DNA of 64,000 nt from Candidatus Omnitrophota bacterium (GTDB lineage Bacteria > Omnitrophota > Gorgyraeia > Zapsychrales > Aceulaceae), in assembly GCA_029564765.1 (NCBI GenBank), contig JAKQPK010000050.1:18977-82976 (forward strand), given 5' to 3'. A program made the position numbers and the translations under genes. Of this stretch, positions 33,297-42,300 are shown piece after piece. Position 1 is the stretch's first letter. The number at the start of each line of letters is the position of its first letter. A model generated the notes under the pieces. The model worked only from the letters and a program-made list of their open reading frames with translations. It was not told where the DNA came from and did no database searches.

Positions 33297-34531
33297 GGCT
33301 CATACCTTTTCAAGACCATACAAGTATTATTACCGCTTGGCGATGCGGTGATGACAAGCGCATACCGAACAGTTGCCGGACGGACCTTATTAGGAACATA
33401 ATCCAAATCGCAATCCGGATCAGGGGTTTGATAGTTGATCGTCGGAAAAATAAAACCTTCTTTGATAACGGACAACGCTGCCGCAGCTTCAAATGCGCCA
33501 GAAACGCTAAACCCTTCACCCACCATTGACTTAACAGCGCTAATAGGGATCTTGTACGCACGCTTGCCAAAAACTTCTTTGATCGCCAGTGTTTCGACCT
33601 TATCAGCGGTTGGCGTGGCATTTGCATTCGCGCAAATATAATCAACATCTTCAGCGGAAATATTCGCATCTTCCAGCGCCAGCCGGATGCTCTCGATCAA
33701 ACCCGTTGCCCGCGGATTAAACCGGTTGATACGAAAAGGGTCAAACCGCACTCCAAATCCGACAACCTCTCCTAAAATATTCGCGCCACGCGCTTTCGCA
33801 TGTTCGCAATCCTCCATGGCCAGAAGACAGGCTCCTTCTCCTAGCATAACTCCATTGCGCCTTTTATCAAAAGGGCAATTCAGGACAGGATCACCTTTTT
33901 TAGATCCGGAGAGGATCTGCAAGACATGAAAACCCATAAAGGTTTGCTCGCACATTTCTTCGACGCCACCGGCGTAGACAAGTTTTGCCCGGCCAAACTG
34001 AATAAAATCATATGCGTATTTGATAGCGTCCAGGCTTGCGGTAAAACCTGTGGAGATCGTCGTGTTAAACCCTTTGATGTTCTGCCAGATAGAAACCTGG
34101 CTCGCTGGCGAATTGATAACAGTGTTCGGAAAAAGTGCTGGATTCGTATAGCGAGGCCCTTCACGCAAAGTGACCTCGTGAAAGTCTCCGATGCTCTTAA
34201 CGCTTCCGAGGGTCGTCCCAACAGAAACGCCAATATCATGTGTATTCTCCTCTGTGATCGTAAAACGGCTATCCGCGATCGCCATCTTTGCGGCCGAAAC
34301 GAGGAGCTTTGTACTGCGGTCCAGAGAGCGCAATCCTTTAGTCCCCATATAGTCTTGAGGATTAAAATCAGAGATCTCGCCCGCTTCCGCGACATGAAAA
34401 TCAGAAGCATCGAAAAGGGTTATCGGGCGCCGTCCGCAACGACCTTCTTTGAGGCCTCGCCAGAAATCCTCGCGCCCTTTCGCGATACTACAAAGAATAC
34501 CTAGTCCTGTAAAAACAACTCGTGGTTTCAT
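33293..34531 (-). CDS. FabF-fold ketosynthase homolog lacking the catalytic triad (chain-length-factor-like)
   Basis: Full KAS II fold, but STGFTAS in place of TACxSG, YICANAN in place of YINAHGT, KSMVGE in place of KSMxGH. Confidence 0.85.
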   Translation of the reverse strand: MKPRVVFTGLGILCSIAKGREDFWRGLKEGRCGRRPITLFDASDFHVAEAGEISDFNPQDYMGTKGLRSLDRSTKLLVSAAKMAIADSRFTITEENTHDIGVSVGTTLGSVKSIGDFHEVTLREGPRYTNPALFPNTVINSPASQVSIWQNIKGFNTTISTGFTASLDAIKYAYDFIQFGRAKLVYAGGVEEMCEQTFMGFHVLQILSGSKKGDPVLNCPFDKRRNGVMLGEGACLLAMEDCEHAKARGANILGEVVGFGVRFDPFRINRFNPRATGLIESIRLALEDANISAEDVDYICANANATPTADKVETLAIKEVFGKRAYKIPISAVKSMVGEGFSVSGAFEAAAALSVIKEGFIFPTINYQTPDPDCDLDYVPNKVRPATVRYALVITASPSGNNTCMVLKRYEP

Positions 34532-35133
34532 GTTCTTTTTTTCGTGGACTGCTGACGTGCTGAAAGAATATATTTTGCCAAAAGATCCGTCTCAATGTTT
34601 ACATGGTCTCCTGCGCGTTTTTTTCCAAGCGTTGTTACTTTTAGCGTATGTGGAATAAGATAAATCTTAAAAAAATTCTTGCTCACCTCACCGATCGTCA
34701 AGCTGATCCCATCAATACACACAGAACCTTTAGGTGCCAGATATTTTGCAAGATGCCGAGGAACCGCGATCTGGTAGGCTTCATAATTTTTCATTGAAGT
34801 CCTCTTGGCAATAACCCCAACCCCATCCACGTGCCCAGAAACAAAGTGTCCTCCCAGTCGATCATTGACACGCAACGCTCCTTCAAGATTCACCTCGCTG
34901 CCAACACGCAGAAACTTAAGCGTTGTCTTATCGATCGTTTCTTTCATAATATCAAAATCAACAATACGCCCATTTATCTTGGTCACCGTCAAACAAGCTC
35001 CGTCAACACAAATGCTGTCCCCCATTCGGATCCCTCGAAGAACGTTCTTCGCCTTAACAGAAAGCACGATCAAATTTTCCTTGCGCTGTATCTTAATAAC
35101 AACACCTTTTTCTTCAACAATGCCTGAAAACAT
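34528..35133 (-). CDS. ribE: Riboflavin synthase alpha chain
   Basis: MFSGIVEE, GDSICVDGACLT, GGHFVSGHVDG, VNIETD. Confidence 0.96.
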   Translation of the reverse strand: MFSGIVEEKGVVIKIQRKENLIVLSVKAKNVLRGIRMGDSICVDGACLTVTKINGRIVDFDIMKETIDKTTLKFLRVGSEVNLEGALRVNDRLGGHFVSGHVDGVGVIAKRTSMKNYEAYQIAVPRHLAKYLAPKGSVCIDGISLTIGEVSKNFFKIYLIPHTLKVTTLGKKRAGDHVNIETDLLAKYILSARQQSTKKRT

Positions 35134-35148
35134 GATCACTCTCCTGCC

Positions 35149-36237
35149 TTAATTAAAATATCCTTCGACCAAGATATCTTCCCCTATCGGTCTTGTCGTA
35201 ACATTCTTTAACCGTAAAGCGCTAGAAACATCTTTAACCCGCATACCGTTAACAGCGCTTAAAGCGCCTTGATCGCCAATAAGCTTAGGGGCGATAAAGA
35301 TCAGAGCCCGGTCCGCCAGCCTTTGATCAATGATCTTTCCTATGGTTCGGCTTCCACCTTCAACCAAGACATTCACCATATTACGACGCCCTAATTCTTC
35401 AAAAAGAAATCTTAAGTCTAAGCTAGTGCCTATGCGCGGGCATGAAACAACAAGGACACCACGCTTTTCAAGGCTTCGAGCCTTTATTTTATCGCTGCTC
35501 CTAGACGTTACGATAATGACCTGCCCTTGAGCAACATTGCGGAATATATTCGCCCTCAAAGGGACGAGAAGATGCGGATCAATAATGATCTTTTTTAGTT
35601 TTTTTGAAGCGCTAACGCCATTTAAAAATGGGTCATCTTTGATAACTGTATTAATACCGACTAAAATAGCGTCAAATTGATCGCGCAGCTTATGGCTGAA
35701 TTTGCGCGTCTTTTCGGACGTGATCCACTTTGAAGATCCCGTAGCGGTCGCGATCTTTCCATCTAAGGTCTGTGCCCATTTTATCACAATCAAAGGACGT
35801 TTGTCTTGGATAAACTTAAAAAACGGCTCATTGAGCTTTTGCAATTCTTCCTGCAAAACCCCTACAACAGTTTTGATCCCAGCTCTGTTCAGCTTTCTGA
35901 TAGAAGCACCGTTGTTGACCGGATTCGGGTCCCGCGTGCCAACGACAACTTTCTTGATACCGCTTGCGATGATCGCATCCACGCATGGCGGCGTACGGCC
36001 GTAATGACCACAAGGCTCCAAGGTCACGTAAAGCGTAGCACCCTTAACGTTTGCTTGTGCATTCTTAAGTGCTACGATCTCCGCGTGATCACTTCCACAG
36101 CTCCGATGGAATCCTTGAGAGATGATCTTGCCGTTCTTAACAATGACAGCACCGACCATAGGGTTTGGCGATGTCTTCCCTTGCGCGCGTAGCGCCAATC
36201 GCATTGCCATCTGCATATAATCTTGATCACTCATCAA
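35149..36237 (-). CDS. ribD: Riboflavin biosynthesis deaminase/reductase
   Basis: PNPMVG, HAE, TLEPCGHYGRTPPC, LVEGG. Confidence 0.97.
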   Translation of the reverse strand: MMSDQDYMQMAMRLALRAQGKTSPNPMVGAVIVKNGKIISQGFHRSCGSDHAEIVALKNAQANVKGATLYVTLEPCGHYGRTPPCVDAIIASGIKKVVVGTRDPNPVNNGASIRKLNRAGIKTVVGVLQEELQKLNEPFFKFIQDKRPLIVIKWAQTLDGKIATATGSSKWITSEKTRKFSHKLRDQFDAILVGINTVIKDDPFLNGVSASKKLKKIIIDPHLLVPLRANIFRNVAQGQVIIVTSRSSDKIKARSLEKRGVLVVSCPRIGTSLDLRFLFEELGRRNMVNVLVEGGSRTIGKIIDQRLADRALIFIAPKLIGDQGALSAVNGMRVKDVSSALRLKNVTTRPIGEDILVEGYFN

Positions 36238-37070
36238 AAAGACCCTTGTTTTACTTTTTTTAGCTCTTCAATGAACCTATATGGGACTTTCATCTTGCCG
36301 ATAAAAGTGTTCAATTTGCCTGCCCCATGGGCATCCGAACCGCCCGTCAAAACAAGATGGTATTTTTTTGCAAGGCCCACATAATATTCGATCACGGCTG
36401 GCGAACAATTAGGGTAAAACGCTTCGATACCTTGCAGGCCTGATCTGACAAGATTTGCGATGATCTCATCACATTGAGTGATCATCGGATGCGCCAAGAC
36501 GGCAACCCCTCCAGATTCTCGTATCAACTTGATCGCCTCTTGAGGTGTTTGTTCAAATTTCTTAACATAAGCGCAAGCACCCTCAGCCAAATATTTCTTA
36601 AAAGCGTCTTGGGGTGCTTTAACCCAACCCTTGCGTTGTAAAACAAGTGCCAAATGCATGCGGCCTACCGCGTCAGATCTGGTCAATTCGCTAACCTCTT
36701 CTAAGGTGATGCCTTGGACCCCAGCCTTCTCTAGCTTCTGTATCATAAGCTTCATACGCTCAACGCGGACCTGCTGCATCCTCGTAAGCTGTGCCTTAAA
36801 AAGATCACTATGGGAATCGAACAAGTACCCTAGAATATGGACCTCTTGGTTATGCGATTCAGATGAAAGCTCAATGCCGTCGATCACTTCAAGTGTTGTA
36901 CCAGCGGCAGCTTCCCTGACAGGAATGATCCCTTCCAGGGTATCGTGATCTGTTATTCCAATGCAGGATAAACCATTTCTTAAGGCTTCGTCAACAACTT
37001 CGGCAGGAGATAAGGAACTATCAGAATAATGTGTGTGGATATGGAGATCAGCGAATTTGGCTTCAAGCAT
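36234..37070 (-). CDS. PHP domain phosphoesterase (TrpH/YciV-like)
   Basis: DLHIHTHYSD, ITDHD, LAHP, GGSDAHG. Confidence 0.9.
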   Translation of the reverse strand: MLEAKFADLHIHTHYSDSSLSPAEVVDEALRNGLSCIGITDHDTLEGIIPVREAAAGTTLEVIDGIELSSESHNQEVHILGYLFDSHSDLFKAQLTRMQQVRVERMKLMIQKLEKAGVQGITLEEVSELTRSDAVGRMHLALVLQRKGWVKAPQDAFKKYLAEGACAYVKKFEQTPQEAIKLIRESGGVAVLAHPMITQCDEIIANLVRSGLQGIEAFYPNCSPAVIEYYVGLAKKYHLVLTGGSDAHGAGKLNTFIGKMKVPYRFIEELKKVKQGSF

Positions 37071-37492
37071 TACTTTTTCTGGGCTATGGGATTCGTTTTG
37101 TGAACTTTGTCGAGAATACCATTAACGAACTTTCCAGACTCAACATCCCCATACTTTTTTGCAAGCTCGATCGCCTCATTGATCGTCACTTTGGAAGGAA
37201 CGTCGGGCATATGACACAGCTCATAGATCCCAAGCCGCAAAATATTGCGATCGACAACAGCCATGCGGTCCATGTGCCAGTTGGCCGCGTGACTTAAGAT
37301 AAGATCATTGATCTCTTTGTAGTTTTGTTCAACACCCACAACGATCTTGCGGGCAAAATCGACCACTTCCGCGTCCTCTGTTTCTTCCGGCGTGATGAAC
37401 GCATCAGCGATGGCGCATAAGGATTCATTGCGGATATCCGCTTGATAAAGGATCTTTAAAGCTAATTCACGCGCAAGCGTTCGACGTCTCAT
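37070..37492 (-). CDS. nusB: Transcription antitermination factor NusB
   Basis: RRRTLARE, DRNILR, INEAIELAKKY, FVNGILD. Confidence 0.96.
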   Translation of the reverse strand: MRRRTLARELALKILYQADIRNESLCAIADAFITPEETEDAEVVDFARKIVVGVEQNYKEINDLILSHAANWHMDRMAVVDRNILRLGIYELCHMPDVPSKVTINEAIELAKKYGDVESGKFVNGILDKVHKTNPIAQKK

Positions 37493-37512
37493 GATGCATT
37501 CTTTCTTTTTTG

Positions 37513-37968
37513 CTAAATCTTTTTTAAGCTCAATAACGTATCGATCATCTCAAGGGCAACGCAGGCAGCTTCACGCCCTTTATTATTGCGTTTCTTATCG
37601 CTGGAGCGTTCGTACGCCTGCTTGGTATTCTCTGTTGTAAGCACGCCAAGAACAACTGGCTTACCGGTTGTCAAAGCCGCTTGTTGAATACCACTGCAAG
37701 AACCTTGCGCAACGATATCAAAATGCGCTGTCTCGCCACGGATCACAGCCCCCAAGCAAATAACAGCATTGATATTTTTCTTTGAGGCAAGCTGCTGGGC
37801 CACGACAGGGATCTCCCATGCTCCGGGAACTTGAACGACTAGAATGGAAGACTTAGAAACACCTCGCCTGATAAGTTCATCAACACATCCGCATAGCAAT
37901 CTTTGCGTGATGAAATCATTGAACCGTGAAACAACAACGCCGATACGATAATTTAAACGTTTTGTCAT
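37513..37968 (-). CDS. ribH: Lumazine synthase
   Basis: SRFNDFIT, VPGAWEIP, GAVIRGETAHF; start refined to MTKRL. Confidence 0.96.
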   Translation of the reverse strand: MTKRLNYRIGVVVSRFNDFITQRLLCGCVDELIRRGVSKSSILVVQVPGAWEIPVVAQQLASKKNINAVICLGAVIRGETAHFDIVAQGSCSGIQQAALTTGKPVVLGVLTTENTKQAYERSSDKKRNNKGREAACVALEMIDTLLSLKKI

Positions 37969-37969
37969 T

Positions 37970-39184
37970 TTAGAACCTAAGTGACTCAAGAAAATGCCCT
38001 AATTTTTCTTTCTTTGTTTTCAGATAATTCTTATTATGTTCATTATGAGGAACGACGATCGGAACACGCTCGGTCACGGTCAAGCCATGTCCTTCCAATC
38101 CAACGATCTTTTTTGGATTATTCGTCAAAAGACGGATATTCTTCGCCCCTAGATCAGCTAAGATCTGAGCGCCGATGCCATAATCACGCAGATCCGCTCC
38201 AAAACCTAAGGCTTCATTTGCTTCAACAGTATCCATGCCGCTATCTTGCAGGTGATAAGCCTTGATCTTGTTCAACAAGCCGATCCCTCGGCCCTCTTGG
38301 CGCATATACAGCAAGATCCCACGCTTCTGTTTTTCAATAGCAGCCATTGAAGCCTCGAGCTGGCCCCGGCAATCACAGCGCTGCGATCCAAAGACATCTC
38401 CCGTCAAACATTCCGATTGAACACGGACCAGGACAGGCTGATCCCCTTTGACATCACCCATCACAAGAGCAAGATGGATCAAAGAATCTACTTTTGAACT
38501 ATAACCTAAAAGACGAAAATCGCCGTAAGCCGTCGGCAACTTTGCCTCTCCAACGTAATTAACTAATTTTTCCTTTTTACGACGATATTCGATCAAACTA
38601 TCAATCGTGCAGATCTTCAAATTATGCTTCTTGGCAAAAGCCTTGAGATCATCCGTGCGGGCCATAGTCCCGTCCTCTTTCATGATCTCGCAAATAACGC
38701 CTGCAGGATAAAGACCAGAGATCTTCATCAGATCAACCGTTGCTTCGGTATGTCCTGCGCGTACAAGGACACCGCCTTTGCGGGCCCGCAGAGGAAAAAG
38801 ATGGCCAGGGCGGATCAGATCTTGGGGTTTGGTCGCAGGGTCTATCAAGGCCTTGGCTGTAAATGCTCTATCAGCCGCTGATATACCCGTTGTCGCGTTC
38901 TTTCTGACATCTACAGAGATCGCCCATCCCGTATTTGCCTCATGATGCCACTCACTTCCGGTGTGAACCATGGGCTCAAGCTTAAGCTCGTCCAATCTTT
39001 CGCCTTCCATGGGCATGCAAATCAATCCTCGAGCTTCTTTGGCCATAAAATTAATATGATCAGGCTTGACAAATTGAGCCGCCACCAGAAGATCGCCTTC
39101 ATTCTCACGGCTCTCATCGTCTATTACAATGATCATCTTGCCGTGCTTGAGGTCAACTAAAACTTCCTCGATCGTATTCAGCAT
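37970..39184 (-). CDS. ribBA: DHBP synthase / GTP cyclohydrolase II
   Basis: [38 protein letters not shown]; start refined to MLNTIEE. Confidence 0.97.
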   Translation of the reverse strand: MLNTIEEVLVDLKHGKMIIVIDDESRENEGDLLVAAQFVKPDHINFMAKEARGLICMPMEGERLDELKLEPMVHTGSEWHHEANTGWAISVDVRKNATTGISAADRAFTAKALIDPATKPQDLIRPGHLFPLRARKGGVLVRAGHTEATVDLMKISGLYPAGVICEIMKEDGTMARTDDLKAFAKKHNLKICTIDSLIEYRRKKEKLVNYVGEAKLPTAYGDFRLLGYSSKVDSLIHLALVMGDVKGDQPVLVRVQSECLTGDVFGSQRCDCRGQLEASMAAIEKQKRGILLYMRQEGRGIGLLNKIKAYHLQDSGMDTVEANEALGFGADLRDYGIGAQILADLGAKNIRLLTNNPKKIVGLEGHGLTVTERVPIVVPHNEHNKNYLKTKKEKLGHFLESLRF

Positions 39185-39259
39185 ATAAAGCCTCTCTTTT
39201 ATATTAATATTAATTATAGACAACCAAGTGAAAGGAATTTCACGTAAATATTGTCCCAA

Positions 39260-39288
39260 ATTATAAATCTTTTCCCTCGAAAATTCAA
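39260..39288 (-). promoter_or_regulatory. Sigma70 promoter of the rib operon
   Basis: TTGAAT-N17-TATAAT about 75 nt upstream of ribBA. Confidence 0.7.
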
Positions 39289-39318
39289 GGCAAATAAGTG
39301 GCTACCGCTATAAAGCGC

Positions 39319-42300
39319 TTAAGAAAAAATTTTGTTGCTAGATTCTTCTAGCCCAAGCAACGGATAAAGATCTGCAACGGGCGTGATATTGATGATGACT
39401 GGCACAAAGCCAGGGATGCTCTCTAGATCCACACCCTGCCATTCGGGTGGCAGGTTAAATTGGATCGGCGATGAGCCCGTTCGCCTGAGCTCAAGATTGG
39501 TAGCATTAAGATCGATACCTCCAACCTGTTCTCCTTCTTGCATGCTATCAGCAAGATAAACTTTGTCAGAATTCTCTGGAGAAATTCCTGAACTAAAGAT
39601 CTGAAGCGTTCCATGTCCTGACTTTAAATATTCTTTTGTTATATTAAAAAGATCTTGTGCAGTGTAGAGCTCCCCAGAAAGAAAAACATTCTCTCCTCTG
39701 TTTTTATAGCCCACAGCCCTGATTCCTATGCTCGAAAGCATCAGCAATAAAGCAGGCCAAGAAACAGACGATTCATAGACGTTCACATCTTTGTTGCCAA
39801 GCTTAAATTTGACCTGCTTGATCTTGCCTGCCTCGTCAAAATCAATAATAACTTCAGATATAGATTCATCAGCAGAAAATATTTTTCCAGCCTGCGGAAA
39901 TATCGTGCGCATGACATTCCCGGTATTCTTTTTATTCCAATCGAGCCCAATACCCCCCATGCAGGAAGACAAGATCACATTTCCACCCTTGCTCAACAGA
40001 GGTCCAAGAAAATCTTTTAAGACTGGAGCCGACTGGTCATTAATGATCATTTCATTGGCCTGATCCTGACTTTTTGCCTCACCCAAGACCAATCCGTTAG
40101 ATATCGTACCACCATAAAAAGATGTATATCCATGCCCTCCCACGTAAACGATGTCAAAGACACCTTTGTTGTCCTTGAATTTTTCCATCTCGTACTTTAA
40201 TTCATTAATATTTGATTTCGAAACAAAATAAATGTAATAGCCATGATCTAGAAGACTTTTGATGATATCGATCTCGGTATCAAAAGCGCTATTATCATCG
40301 CTCTCCGGAAGGACCATAAGGACTGTTCCCGTATATTGTGTTTTTGTGGCTAAGGTCACAGGGTTGCTACGCATGTCCACGATCTGATCGATCACTTTAG
40401 GCCCTAGCTGGGAAGCCTTAAAGATTCCTGCCTCAAGAGCCTGAAGGTAGGACTTGGCCGATGAGGAAAGATTACTAAGATTATCAATAAAGCCTTGGCT
40501 TTTTGCAAAAGAAAATGCTTGTTTAATAACAAGCATAACCTCGGCAGGGGCATTATCAACAATATCTACAATTAAGTCTGAAAACTCTGTCTCGCCCTCA
40601 CTGGCATGCTTAAGGATTGATACGAGATCTTTAAAAACTATGTCTGTGGGGGCAATGTCTAAAAACTCTAAATACGTCCCAATACCTTTAAGATAAATAA
40701 TATTGTTGGATAATAAAGTCAAATCCTTAGCCAGCGCGTCGAGATCTCCCTGGTATTTTCCTGTAGAATACCCCAAGGCGCTTATATATCCTTTCTCTCT
40801 TAAAACATTCTTAATCTGATCAATGTTCTCATTTTGCTGAAAAATAAGTGTTTGCGCGATACGCTCCGCATATGGCTTAAATTCATCAGAGAGCTGTTTT
40901 TGCCCTACGATTAATCCGCTGATAACGGTACGAAATTTAATTATATTAAATAAATCTTTCAAAGAAATCTCATTCTTGACTGAGTTTTTGTTATATTGCT
41001 CTATATCTTTCCTGAAATGAATCGGGTTCAATGCGAATTCCTGGCTAATTTCATTAACTAGGTTTTCGCTTAAAACAACCTTTGATTGGGGATCGGAAAA
41101 GCTGACCTTTAGCTTATAATTGCTAAATATATCCTTCAGACTTTCCAGGATATAAGATTGTGTAGGCCTATTTTGGCCACTTGGGAAAAGATCATTAAAA
41201 TCAAAACGCCCAGCCTGTTGGTCGGCATCTGTATCAATAATTTCTTTAACAATTAATTCTCTCCAAAGCCTATGAGGATCGATCTTTTGTGCAATTAACC
41301 AGTTAAAATCAGAAACAGGAACAGTTCTTCTGAAAAATCCTAGTCCGCTATAAATATCCTGATCAATAGATGAAAAAAATTCGTTATAGCCATCATTAAA
41401 GATATTATGCGTGGCTTTATTAAAGCGCGTTGCTCTAATTTTGTCATTCCATTCATCTATATCGACTTCATGTGTTAAATATTCCTTTTTTAACTGGCTC
41501 TGGCGGTCTTGTTTCTGGTCATGATGAATATTATTCTCCATCATATATTTCTTAGCATCAGGATGGAAGCTAGCAAGGTAGTCGTCAATGTATTCCGGGT
41601 TCAGAAGATCAGAGATATCCATGGCCGCAAAGTATTTATTAAACCGGGAATTGTTGTATGATAGATAATTTTTGTATCGTTCCAGCATTTCTCGATCCAG
41701 CTTCGTTGGTAAAGACCTATAATTCAAATTATTTAGAATTTTCTGAATATAGTCTGGACCCAAGAAATCATATGCTTGACTTATATAATACGTCAATCCT
41801 TCGTATGATTCAGTCGTTAAGCTTTTCTCGATCATCTCTTCAAAAGGAAATTTCTTCAAAACATTTTCCATCAAATCCATATTTTCATTAATATTGGAGC
41901 TTTTAAGAAATCGGTCGTTTAAATTAGTTATGGATCCAAGCAAGTTTGTGAGATGGGCTATGTCTGAATCATTGATCTTCTTTCCTTTAAGGCTTTCTAA
42001 GTACTCTCTAGTCTCTCCTAAAAAGTCTTTAAAATTATCTTTGATGATTTCCTTTGTCTCACCTGTAAATCCGTCCTCATTCTGACTGGAGGGAGAAATT
42101 CCTGAAAAATCAACAGAAGGCTCTTCCCATTCCCGATTGCTAAAAAACCAATCGTCCATATCTTTGTATCCACCTGCTTTTCCTTGCGCTCGCAATTCCG
42201 TAATATGTTGCTTCCATTTTATATACTCTTCTGCTAAAGCAGGTTTGTTCAAAACTTTAAAGATGCTCACGATTTCTTGATCGGAATAATATAATAAAAT

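Noticed and set aside
33926-34504. 192-aa plus-strand ORF and other short nested ORFs in the track
   Set aside because: Antisense or alternate-frame shadows of well-supported genes
39185-39318. FMN riboswitch upstream of ribBA
   Set aside because: Too short and AT-rich; no RFN consensus
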